Shown here: piece after piece, positions 1 through 8,166 of the stretch
Layout of the letters: every line of letters starts with the position of its first letter
Position numbering within the stretch: position 1 is the stretch's first letter
From: Myxococcota bacterium
GTDB lineage: Bacteria > Myxococcota_A > UBA796 > CAJQPC01
DNA length: 31,859 bases
Assembly: GCA_036012755.1 (NCBI GenBank)
Contig: DASCPX010000119.1
Coordinates: forward strand, 1 to 31,859
Reading direction: 5' to 3'
The notes under the pieces: model-generated
Seen by the model: the letters and a program-made list of their open reading frames with translations, nothing else
Databases searched by the model: none
Told to the model about the DNA's origin: nothing
Made by a program: the position numbers and the translations under genes

Positions 1-90
1 AAGGGCGGCGGCTCCAAGGGCGGCGGCTCCAAGGGCGGCGGCTCCAAGGGCGGCGGCTCCAAGGGCGGCGGCTCCAAGGGTGGTGGCTCC
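1..90 (+). repeat. 15-bp tandem repeat AAGGGCGGCGGCTCC x5 perfect plus 1 synonymous variant (truncated by window edge)
   Basis: Seen directly; sixth unit is AAGGGTGGTGGCTCC. Confidence 0.95.
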
Positions 91-144
91 AAGGGTGGCG
101 CAAAGGCCGGCGGCAAGCCGAGCAGCCCCAAGAGCGGGCGGTAG
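1..144 (+). CDS. 3' end of upstream CIS-locus gene; low-complexity tail (KGGGS)6-KGGAKAGGKPSSPKSGR*
   Basis: Frame 1 is open from base 1 to TAG at 142-144, 3 nt before the next ATG (148), as expected in an operon. The protein's identity is not visible. Confidence 0.7.
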   Translation, partial: KGGGSKGGGSKGGGSKGGGSKGGGSKGGGSKGGAKAGGKPSSPKSGR

Positions 145-147
145 GCC

Positions 148-1194
148 ATGTCGGGTTCCAACCGCTCCAGCGCTGCTGGATTCGAAGTCACTGTCGGCGG
201 CAAGACGTACAAGCAGGCTGCCGACCCGGGAACGAAGGGCGTTCAGCGCCTCACGATCGAAGACCACGTCGACATGGTCGACATGCTCACCCTTCGAATG
301 GGAGGCACGGAAGGCCAGGCCACCTGGGACTGGAGCATCGGCGACGATGTGACGGCCAAGATCGGTGAAGGAAGCAAGGAGCTCTTCAAGGGTCAGATCG
401 TCGCGATCGAGCCCAGCTACCAGGTCGAGGGCATCAGCCAGTGCAACATTCGCTGCCTCGACCCGATGCACAAGCTCGGGCGAGGTCGGATGACCCGCTT
501 CTTCGAGGACAAGAAGGACTCCGACGTCGTCTCCAAGGTCGCCGCCGCCGCTGGCGTGCCGGTGGGGACCTGCGAGGCCAGCGAAGAGACCCACCCCTAC
601 ATCCTGCAGCGCAACGAGAGCAACGTCGCGTTCCTGAAGCGGCTCGCCGCGCGGAACAACTACCTGCTGCGCATGGAGGACGGAAGCCTGGTCTTCAAGA
701 AGGCCCAGTTCTCGGGTTCGGTGTTCACCCTGGAGATGGGTGACAACCTGCGGAGCCTGCGTCTGTCCTTCAACACGGTGGACCAGGTCCAGAAGGTCGT
801 GGTCCGCGGCTGGGACATCATGACGAAGGAGCCCATCGTCGGCGAGGCCGACAGCGGCAAGGTCGACAAGATCGGCACCGGCGAGCTCGGCTGCGACATG
901 GCGAGCCAGTTTGGCGACTCCACGGCCTACGTCACCGACGTCCCGGTCTTCTCCCAGGGCGCCGCCAACCTCATCGCGAAGGTCGAGATGAACCGCCTCG
1001 CCCGGCAGTTCGCGCGAGGCAGCGCGACCATCCAGGGCGATGACAGCGTGCGCGCCGGGAACATGATCTCGATCGCCGGACTTCAGACAGGCGTCAACGG
1101 CGACTACTACGTGCTCGCGAGCCGGCACATCATCAGCAACCGCACGGGCTACTCGACCGAGTTCACCTTCTGCGGGACCTCCTACGGGGCCTGA
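148..1194 (+). CDS. Phage late control D / gp27-like baseplate hub of a contractile injection system (N-terminal half of VgrG/Afp8)
   Basis: 348 aa with motifs LFKGQIVAIEP, CLDPMHKLGRGR, DSDVVSKVA, QRNESNVAFLKRLAARN, VVVRGWD, GDDSVRAG, GDYYVLASRH, GYSTEF. No gp5 OB/beta-helix part. Lies next to gp25 and baseplate genes. Confidence 0.88.
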   Translation: MSGSNRSSAAGFEVTVGGKTYKQAADPGTKGVQRLTIEDHVDMVDMLTLRMGGTEGQATWDWSIGDDVTAKIGEGSKELFKGQIVAIEPSYQVEGISQCNIRCLDPMHKLGRGRMTRFFEDKKDSDVVSKVAAAAGVPVGTCEASEETHPYILQRNESNVAFLKRLAARNNYLLRMEDGSLVFKKAQFSGSVFTLEMGDNLRSLRLSFNTVDQVQKVVVRGWDIMTKEPIVGEADSGKVDKIGTGELGCDMASQFGDSTAYVTDVPVFSQGAANLIAKVEMNRLARQFARGSATIQGDDSVRAGNMISIAGLQTGVNGDYYVLASRHIISNRTGYSTEFTFCGTSYGA

Positions 1195-1206
1195 GTCTGC
1201 AGCCGC

Positions 1207-1276
1207 CGGGTCGGCCCTCGCTGATCCGACCCGCCGTCCTGTAGAATCTGCCACCGTTCGGCCGGGCACGGCCGAA
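1207..1276 (+). promoter_or_regulatory. Hairpin, TAGAAT -10-like hexamer, and GNRA-loop hairpin between hub and gp25
   Basis: CGGGTCGG(1207-1214)/CCGACCCG(1226-1233); TAGAAT 1242-1247; TTCGGCCG-GGCA-CGGCCGAA 1257-1276. Function inferred. Confidence 0.45.
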
Positions 1277-1294
1277 GCTCGTGTGGAGCGGAAG

Positions 1295-1687
1295 ATGTCG
1301 AAGCGCAAGGACTACCTGGGCACCGGATGGGCGTTCCCGTTCGGGTTCGCGTCCAGCACCGGCGGCGTCGAGATGTCCTCTGCCGAGGAGAACATCCGCC
1401 AGTGCATCGGCGTCATCCTCTCTACCCGACCCGGAGAGCGGCAGATGCTGCCCAAGTTCGGCTGTCGGCTGCACGAGTTGCTCTTTGCTCCGAACACTCG
1501 CGCGACCAGCGCCCTGATTGCTCACCACATTCGCGAAGCGTTGACGCGCTGGGAGCCGCGCATCGAGGTCATCGATGTCCGCGCCGAGCCTGAGCAGAAC
1601 GGCTCCGTGAACGTCGAGGTCGAGTACGTGATCCGGGCAACCAACGCCCGGCACGTGGCGAGCCACGTCATGTCCAGCACGCGCTGA
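1295..1687 (+). CDS. GPW/gp25 family baseplate protein (Afp9-like sheath initiator)
   Basis: LGTGWAFPF, IRQCIGVILSTRPGERQMLPKFGC, ALTRWEPRIEV. GGAG at 1285-1288 favours ATG 1295. Confidence 0.93.
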   Translation: MSKRKDYLGTGWAFPFGFASSTGGVEMSSAEENIRQCIGVILSTRPGERQMLPKFGCRLHELLFAPNTRATSALIAHHIREALTRWEPRIEVIDVRAEPEQNGSVNVEVEYVIRATNARHVASHVMSSTR

Positions 1688-1698
1688 AGGCGGAGACG

Positions 1699-4600
1699 AT
1701 GCCGATCACCCCTCCGAATCTCGACGACCGTCGCTACGAGGACATCGTGGCCGAGGCCCGGTCCTTGATCCCCCAGTACTGCCCGGAGTGGACGAACCTC
1801 AACGACGCCGACCCCGGAATGACCCTCGTCCAGCTCTTCGCCTGGATGACGGAGATGACGATCTACCGGCTCAACCGGGTCCCGGACAAGACCTACATCC
1901 ACTTCCTGAACTTCATCGGCGAGGAGCGCAAGCCCGCTCGTCCCGCCGTCACGCCGTTGACCTTCCTTCTTCGCGCCGACCGCCCTGTCGAGGTTCCGGC
2001 GTTCACGCGCACGGCGACTCGCCAGCGCGAGGGCCACCCGGCGCTGGACTTCCTGACGTCGCAGGGGCTCACCGTCCACGACGCGACCATCACCCGGCTG
2101 ATGTCCGTGCGTGGTGGTCAGCGTCCGGCGGTCCGGGAGCTTCCCTTCACCTACCTCGAGGACCACTCGACAGCCCTGACCTTCGCCGGCGGCGCGGGCA
2201 TCCCCGTCTTCGACGTCGACCCCATGGCATTTGGCCAGGATGCCTACACGCCTCACCAGTTCCTGTACGTCGGCCACGACGACTTCCGGCTCATGGACTT
2301 CGAACCGGAGGAGGGCCAGCGCCTCGGGCGGCTCCGCATCCGCCGAGCGGGCAAGAGCGATCCGCTGTCCATCGTGAACTTCTTCGTCTGGGAGTACCCG
2401 ACCGACCGTGGCTGGGTCCGCATCCAGAGCGACCGCGAGGCCAAGGACCAGCTCGGCATGCCCGAGCTGGCGCTGATGACCGCCCTGCCGAAGATCCGCC
2501 CCGTGGAGTCCTTTGGTGTCGGCGAGCACGTCTTCGCCAAGCCAGCCTCCGTCGCGGACCAGAAGTGGTGGATCCGGGGGCGCCTCGACTACGAGGCCTG
2601 GCTCGCCGCGCGCATGGAGGGTCTGCCCGACCCCGACAACCCCAGCTCCCAGGACCCCGGGGACCTCGAGGTCACCTGGCACGACGATCGCGGTGGCCAG
2701 GTCCGCCCGCTGAACAACTGGGACGTCCGCCCTGCCGGTCGGGCCCTCGAGTTCTTCCTGCAGGACCTTCCGCCGGTTCGTGGTGGCTGGTCGATCCGCT
2801 TCGCCATGGTCGACCGCAGCCTGCCCGCCGGCCGCACCGGCTACTTCCCGACCTATCGCTGGTACTACCGTCGAGGCGATCTCTGGGAGGAGGTGCCAGA
2901 GGAGCAGGTCCGCGTGGACGGCACCGAGATGGTCATCACCGGCCCGCTCACCGACATGGCCACGGACGGCTACAACCTGCGGGCGGAGCGCATCCAGACC
3001 GTCTTCTTGCGGGGCTTCATCCCCGACCTCGAGCTGGACCTCTCATGGCTCCGTCCCGTCGAGCTCCACATGCTGGCTGGCGAGGAGCCGAAGCGCGCCA
3101 CCGTGCTGGCGAACGACGAGGGCCCCTGGTCGCCTTGGCAGGTCAACGCAGCCGTGCAGCCGACGATCGGCCGGAAGTGGTTCATCGGCTCCGACCTCTT
3201 CGAGAACCGCCGCCAGGCAGAGGTGCTTGTCGAGATCGAGATCGGCTTCGACATGAACGGAGAAGAGGTCGCCGAGCCCGCCGACGACTACCTCCTGCAG
3301 ATGACCTACCGCGCAGAGGACAACTGGCGCGTGGTCTTCTCCCCCGACAAGCTCTACACCGGCTTCACCTTCGCGAAGATCGACGAAGAAGGCGCCAAGA
3401 AGGCCGGTCGTCGACGGGTCCGGATCGTCATCGACCCCCCCGAGCAGCTCAAGGGGCTCGCCCGCCACACCGTCGGAGACATCGAGACCACCTGGCTTCG
3501 CCTGGAGCTCATCAAGTCGAACCTGACCGGAGTGGACAAGAAGAAGAACAGCCACCCCATCGTCCCGCGCATCCACAAGGTCAGCCTCGGCGTCAACAAG
3601 ACGCTCGGTGATGGCACCTACGAGCAGCCGATGCCGCACCCGCTGATGGCGCAGGTGGACCACCGCGAGCACAACCGGCGCCTCTCTCGCTGCGTGACCC
3701 GGGCCGCCGGACGCCTCTCCGAGGTCCATCCCTACTTCCCCTTCGTCGATCTCGACCAGGATGGGCTGTCGCTCTATATGCAGTTCGACAAGCCCCTCCC
3801 GCGGGGTGAACGCCACGCCATCCACTTCCGCTGTCGTGGCGAGGCCTTCCTGCCAGAGGGTGTAGGCGTCGACTGGGAGATCCTTGAGCGCCGCCAGCAC
3901 GGGCGCACTGCGTGGCGTCGCCTCGTATCCAGCCGAACCGCGGACGAAGACGCCGTGGATGTCTACAAGCTGGAGCGCACGGGAGAGCTCGAGTTCGCCC
4001 TGCCGGACATTCCGCCCGTGCCAGAGGACGGCTTCTGGCTGCGCGCCCGGGTGGCGATGCCCGCCGGAATGGAGGCCGACCAGCTGCCGGCCTTCCCGCC
4101 GATCACGCACCTGATGCTCAACACCGTCGACGTGGTCAATCTCGAGACCATCACCCAGGAGCGCTTCAGCGGGCTCGGGGTACCGAACCAGGTCCTCGAG
4201 CTGCGCGAGCACCCCATCTTCATCCACCCCGGCGAGCGCGACCAGCAGGCCTTCCGGCGCCCGGAGCTCTTCACCGACGCGGCGGTCACGGTCGAGTACG
4301 CGGACGGGACTCGGGAGCCCTGGTACAGGGTCGAGGATCTGTTGACGGCCGCCAAGGACGACCCTGTCTACACGGTGGACTCGGTCGACGGCACCTTGCA
4401 CTTCGGCAACGGGATCCGGGGCCGCATGCTGCCGGTCGGCACCAACAACATCCTCATCGATGTCTACCGGCGGGTCCCCGGGGCTGTCGGCAACGTGGGC
4501 GCCGGAGAGGTGACCGTCTGTGACGGCTTCGCCGACCGGGTCAAGGTCGTGAACCTGCTCCCTGCCACCGGCGGGCGCGACGCGGAGACCATCGACGAGA

Positions 4601-5235
4601 TCATCCGCCGGGCCCCGTCCCTGCTCACGTCCCGCGACCGGGCGGTCACGCGCCAGGACTTCGAGATCATCGCGATGGAGGCCAGCGGCGAGGTCGCCCG
4701 TGCTGCCTGTCCAGGCACGATGGGGCGCGACGGCACCGTCCAGGTCGTCATCCTCCCCCACCGTCGAGAGGGTGAGATCACTCCGGATCCCTTCCTCTCG
4801 AGCGGACTCCGCGACCACGTCGAGCGCTACCTGACCCGGCGCTGTCTCATCAACATCGAGCCCAAGGTGCGCCTCGCGACGTTCTTGCCGATCGACGTCA
4901 GCGTCACGCTTCGGCTGCGCCCGAACGCCAACCAGCTCGTGGTGCGCGAGGACGCCGAGTGGTGGGTCGAGTCCTTCCTCGATCCATACGACGGAGGCAT
5001 CGACGGCGAGGGCTGGCCCTTCGGCGGCACGCTCTACGCCCAGGACTTCGCGCGCATGGTCTCGGACATCTACGAGGTCCGCCACGTCGTCGATGTCCAG
5101 CTCTACGACGTCTCGGCCAACGTCCGGGGTCCTGCGGGCTGGGAGGAGGGCGAGGGGACCAAGGAGCTGCCTCTCGATCACCATGACCTCTTCGTCATCC
5201 GCCGTGTCCGCATCAAGAGCGAGGAAGGCGCTTGA
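1699..5235 (+). CDS. Baseplate wedge/assembly protein (gp6/J, Afp11-like), 1178 aa
   Basis: N-terminal PNLDDRRYEDIVAEARSLIPQYCPEWTNLNDADPGMTLVQLFAW; C-terminal LHFGNGIRG, PATGGRDAET, RDRAVTRQDFE, GWPFGGTLY. Confidence 0.93.
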   Translation: MPITPPNLDDRRYEDIVAEARSLIPQYCPEWTNLNDADPGMTLVQLFAWMTEMTIYRLNRVPDKTYIHFLNFIGEERKPARPAVTPLTFLLRADRPVEVPAFTRTATRQREGHPALDFLTSQGLTVHDATITRLMSVRGGQRPAVRELPFTYLEDHSTALTFAGGAGIPVFDVDPMAFGQDAYTPHQFLYVGHDDFRLMDFEPEEGQRLGRLRIRRAGKSDPLSIVNFFVWEYPTDRGWVRIQSDREAKDQLGMPELALMTALPKIRPVESFGVGEHVFAKPASVADQKWWIRGRLDYEAWLAARMEGLPDPDNPSSQDPGDLEVTWHDDRGGQVRPLNNWDVRPAGRALEFFLQDLPPVRGGWSIRFAMVDRSLPAGRTGYFPTYRWYYRRGDLWEEVPEEQVRVDGTEMVITGPLTDMATDGYNLRAERIQTVFLRGFIPDLELDLSWLRPVELHMLAGEEPKRATVLANDEGPWSPWQVNAAVQPTIGRKWFIGSDLFENRRQAEVLVEIEIGFDMNGEEVAEPADDYLLQMTYRAEDNWRVVFSPDKLYTGFTFAKIDEEGAKKAGRRRVRIVIDPPEQLKGLARHTVGDIETTWLRLELIKSNLTGVDKKKNSHPIVPRIHKVSLGVNKTLGDGTYEQPMPHPLMAQVDHREHNRRLSRCVTRAAGRLSEVHPYFPFVDLDQDGLSLYMQFDKPLPRGERHAIHFRCRGEAFLPEGVGVDWEILERRQHGRTAWRRLVSSRTADEDAVDVYKLERTGELEFALPDIPPVPEDGFWLRARVAMPAGMEADQLPAFPPITHLMLNTVDVVNLETITQERFSGLGVPNQVLELREHPIFIHPGERDQQAFRRPELFTDAAVTVEYADGTREPWYRVEDLLTAAKDDPVYTVDSVDGTLHFGNGIRGRMLPVGTNNILIDVYRRVPGAVGNVGAGEVTVCDGFADRVKVVNLLPATGGRDAETIDEIIRRAPSLLTSRDRAVTRQDFEIIAMEASGEVARAACPGTMGRDGTVQVVILPHRREGEITPDPFLSSGLRDHVERYLTRRCLINIEPKVRLATFLPIDVSVTLRLRPNANQLVVREDAEWWVESFLDPYDGGIDGEGWPFGGTLYAQDFARMVSDIYEVRHVVDVQLYDVSANVRGPAGWEEGEGTKELPLDHHDLFVIRRVRIKSEEGA

Positions 5236-6329
5236 ACGGGCCCCAGCTGCCGGTCCCCTCTGGCAAGGCCCTCCCGGCCGTGCCGGGGGACTTCCTCCAC
5301 GTCGAGACCGTGGTGAAGGTCGGGTACCCGGCGCGCCACGCCCGGACCTACCTGCGCCGGAACCTGGGCAATCGCATCCAGATCCAGCTGGTCGAGGCCA
5401 AGCGCGGCGAAAAGGTCGGCCACGTGAGGGCAGCGCAGATCAACCCCGCCGCCGGCGGAGATCCGGTCTTCATCAGGGCCATGCGCTGCCTCCCCGATGG
5501 GTCGCCGGCGAGCTTGTTCATCCCGGATGACCTCGTCGACATCAAGGCAGAGCTGATCACGGTCGACGGACGTCCTCCCCCTCCGCTCGATCCGGGAGAC
5601 GAGGTCGTCCTCCACGTCCCGGTCAGGAGCTACCTGCGGTTCTTGCCGGGCGCCTTCCAGGGCGGTATGCCGACCCGCCGCCGCGACATCGTCAAGGCCG
5701 ACGAGGTCAGCGCGCGGCGCTGGAGCCACCAGGACGAGGTCACCGCGACCGAGGTCCGCGGGGTGGACACCGACACCATGCGGCGGCTGCTGTTCATCTT
5801 CCAGCACCAGATGACCACGGTGCTCGATCGGATCACCGAGATCCCCTCGCTCACGGACCCGCTGACATGCGATCCCAGGTTCCTGTCCTGGATCGCGAGC
5901 TGGGTCGGCTTCACCCTGGACGAGGGCCTCCCGCTGCACCAGCAGCGCGAGCTCGTCCGTCGCGCGATCCGGCTCTACCGGACTCGCGGGACGCGGGGTG
6001 GGCTCGAGGAGATGATCAAGGTCCTCACGGCTGCCCCGGTCAGCGTCTCGCCCAGGGAGAAGCCCCAGCCTTTCGTGCTCGGGGCGGCGACCCTCGCCGG
6101 TGGCGGCACTCCCAGCGAGCGCTACCTCAACGACGAGCCCCCCGCCCACTACCTCTACCGGGCAGAGCGGGCCGCAATCAACTTCTTTGCCCTGGTGCTG
6201 GAGCGGCGCGACCGCTTCGACCAGCGCTTCCGCCAGCGGGGGCCCGGTGTGCTCAAGCGCATCGCCCAGGTCGTGACCAACGAGCGGCCCGCCCACGTCA
6301 CCTTCACCATCCGCTTCGACGAGGAGTGA
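5232..6329 (+). CDS. Phage tail protein I-like baseplate subunit with ~130-aa N-terminal extension
   Basis: YLRFLPGAFQ, DPLTCDPRFLSWIASWVG, RRAIRLYRTRGTRGGL, terminal RPAHV. TTG start overlaps the upstream TGA. Confidence 0.87.
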   Translation: MNGPQLPVPSGKALPAVPGDFLHVETVVKVGYPARHARTYLRRNLGNRIQIQLVEAKRGEKVGHVRAAQINPAAGGDPVFIRAMRCLPDGSPASLFIPDDLVDIKAELITVDGRPPPPLDPGDEVVLHVPVRSYLRFLPGAFQGGMPTRRRDIVKADEVSARRWSHQDEVTATEVRGVDTDTMRRLLFIFQHQMTTVLDRITEIPSLTDPLTCDPRFLSWIASWVGFTLDEGLPLHQQRELVRRAIRLYRTRGTRGGLEEMIKVLTAAPVSVSPREKPQPFVLGAATLAGGGTPSERYLNDEPPAHYLYRAERAAINFFALVLERRDRFDQRFRQRGPGVLKRIAQVVTNERPAHVTFTIRFDEE

Positions 6330-6330
6330 G

Positions 6331-7269
6331 ATGAGCGCCGAATTCTCCGTGCTGTCCCGCCTGAACCCCTTCGAGGGGCTCTGTCTCACCAGCCGCGACC
6401 TGCTCGATGAGCAGACCTACCACCGCAAGAGCCTCCATCGGCACACGCTGTACCTGCACGGCCACGGCATCGTGCAGGGGCTGCAGGTCGAACTCGAGAA
6501 GCGCAAGACCAAGTACGTCGCCATCCTCCAGGCTGGCTACGGCATCACGCGCCTGGGTCAGGGGGTGGCCCTGACCGAGCCCGGAGCGGTCCCGCTCGAG
6601 GTCCCCAAGAAGGACGGCGAGTACATGCTCTGGCTCTTCCACGTCGAGGGGCCGGACGACGAGAGTCAGCGCCCGGTGTTCGACACCACGGAGACTCGCG
6701 AGACTCGCATCCGCGAGTTCTGCGCTCCGCGTCTGCACGCGGCGGAAGAGGACTACCCCGACGCCGTCGCGCTCACCCGCGTGAACGTGCGCCTCGGACG
6801 CATGGTCCAGGTGCTGTTGCCCGTCCCGCGTGCCGGACGCCAGGTCCGCGCGGCGGAGTCCTACCTCAAGCCCAGACTCATCGAGTTCATCCACTTCAAC
6901 AAGAAGGTGATGACCAACCTCTTCCGCACGGCGCTCCTCAAGGAGCTCGACCTGGCGGTGCTGAACTTCAGCTCGTCCCTCGTCTCGAGCGAGTTCATGC
7001 TCATCGAGGAGGGCACCAGCGACCGCGTGCTGTACCGGACGGCGGGGAGCCTGATCGGCTACGCCCACGAGTACTACAACGCCCTGCCCACGACGACGGC
7101 CCGGGTCACGAAGTTCACCGCCTTCGTCCGCCGTGTGCACGCCGAGCTTCCGGGCGATGACCAGGGCGACGAGGTCTGGCTGAAGTGGTTCGACAAGTTC
7201 GAGCGCCTGCTCCAGCCCCTGGGGAAGATCAGCGACGAGCTCGAGAAGACTGTCGAAGCTCAGCGCTGA
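6331..7269 (+). CDS. CIS baseplate-attached protein: Afp13/TssK-type N-terminal domain plus helical C-terminal domain
   Basis: RLNPFEGLCLTSRDLLDEQTYHR...HGHGIVQGLQV...AGYGITRLGQ matches the eCIS fibre-base pattern (F.G..L...D...EQ.YH...HG.GIV.GL.V). Starts 1 nt after the previous stop. Confidence 0.7.
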   Translation: MSAEFSVLSRLNPFEGLCLTSRDLLDEQTYHRKSLHRHTLYLHGHGIVQGLQVELEKRKTKYVAILQAGYGITRLGQGVALTEPGAVPLEVPKKDGEYMLWLFHVEGPDDESQRPVFDTTETRETRIREFCAPRLHAAEEDYPDAVALTRVNVRLGRMVQVLLPVPRAGRQVRAAESYLKPRLIEFIHFNKKVMTNLFRTALLKELDLAVLNFSSSLVSSEFMLIEEGTSDRVLYRTAGSLIGYAHEYYNALPTTTARVTKFTAFVRRVHAELPGDDQGDEVWLKWFDKFERLLQPLGKISDELEKTVEAQR

Positions 7270-7319
7270 GACCCTCCGGACCAGCCACCGTGTAGGACTT
7301 CCCCGCATCGGAGGTCTAC

Positions 7320-7769
7320 GTGCGCGCGTTCACCCTGGTAGAGCTGATGATCACCGTCGCCATCATCGGCATCCTCGCGGCGATCGCGATCCCGAACTTC
7401 ATGGAGATGCAGTACCGCGCCAAGCGGCAGGAGGTCTGGCTCAACGTCGACGGCATCGCCACGGCGCAGACGGCCTACGAGGCGGCCAACGACGAGTACG
7501 TCGACAACTGCGCCTCGAACCCGGCCGCGCCGCTGGGCAAGTACACCAAGGTCTGGCGCGAGGGGGACGCCGAGTGGACGGAGCTCGGCTGGCGCCCTGA
7601 CGGCGCCATGCGCTGTACCTGTTCGGCGAACGTGTTCGGCGGCGGTGACTGGTTCCGGGTCGACGGCGTCTGCGACGTGGACGACGACAACGACTTCTAC
7701 ACCCTGCGTTGGTACAGCGACCGCGCGTCGAGCCCAGGCTGGTTGATCCTGGATCCGAACACCTGCTGA
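7320..7769 (+). CDS. Type IV pilin / prepilin-type N-terminal methylation domain protein
   Basis: MRA|FTLVELMITVAIIGILAAIAIPNF; GGAGG upstream of GTG; several Cys in the head domain. Confidence 0.9.
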   Translation: MRAFTLVELMITVAIIGILAAIAIPNFMEMQYRAKRQEVWLNVDGIATAQTAYEAANDEYVDNCASNPAAPLGKYTKVWREGDAEWTELGWRPDGAMRCTCSANVFGGGDWFRVDGVCDVDDDNDFYTLRWYSDRASSPGWLILDPNTC

Positions 7770-8143
7770 AGTCCGCACTCCGCGATCATGGCCCCAGTCT
7801 CCGGGTGCTGGATCGTCACGGAGCCCCCCGGGCCGGTCTCGACGCGATCCAGCATTGCCGGGCACGCCTGCTCAGCCAGGACCGGGTCGTCGACTCCGAC
7901 CCAACTGGACTGCGGGGTCCCGACCCAGGTCCCGTTCACCTCCTTCAGGTTCTGCCAGGGGAGCACGTCCGCGTACCTCTCTGCGTGTTCGGGCGTCGGC
8001 TCGGTCCGTGTGCCCAGGCGGTACAGGCCAAGGACCAGGAGGCCCCCGATCCCCACGATCGCCGCGATGGTCAGGGTGTTCTTCGTCTTGGCCTTCGCGC
8101 GCTCGTCACGTCGTGCGCGCCGCTCGATGTCGTATGGGTCCAT
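7697..8143 (-). CDS. Hypothetical single-pass membrane protein
   Basis: Basic N-terminus, TM segment TLTIAAIVGIGGLLVLGLY, genome-like codon usage. 3' end overlaps the pilin gene by 73 nt. Confidence 0.7.
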   Translation of the reverse strand: MDPYDIERRARRDERAKAKTKNTLTIAAIVGIGGLLVLGLYRLGTRTEPTPEHAERYADVLPWQNLKEVNGTWVGTPQSSWVGVDDPVLAEQACPAMLDRVETGPGGSVTIQHPETGAMIAECGLQQVFGSRINQPGLDARSLYQRRV

Positions 8144-8166
8144 GAGGGTCCATTACACTCTCTGCG
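8144..8166. promoter_or_regulatory. 23-nt divergent spacer with -10 element (probable leaderless, bidirectional promoter)
   Basis: TACACT 8154-8159, 7 nt before ATG 8167. Opposite strand has the weaker TAATGG sharing the TA, 6 nt before ATG 8143. No SD. Confidence 0.55.

Noticed and set aside
1..90. Tandem repeat as CRISPR array
   Set aside because: No spacers; 15-bp units are in-frame coding.
1522..5184. Long alternative-frame/antisense ORFs (1522-2682, 1788-3611, 3043-5184; likewise 18807-21095, 25966-28086)
   Set aside because: Shadows of real genes in high-GC DNA; Arg/Pro-rich or antisense-codon composition with no motifs.
148..7269. Prophage tail or canonical T6SS
   Set aside because: No integrase, head, lysis, TssF/G/J/L/M or ClpV genes in view; host-like codon usage; motifs are eCIS-type. 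Upstream sequence is unseen, so this is not fully excluded.
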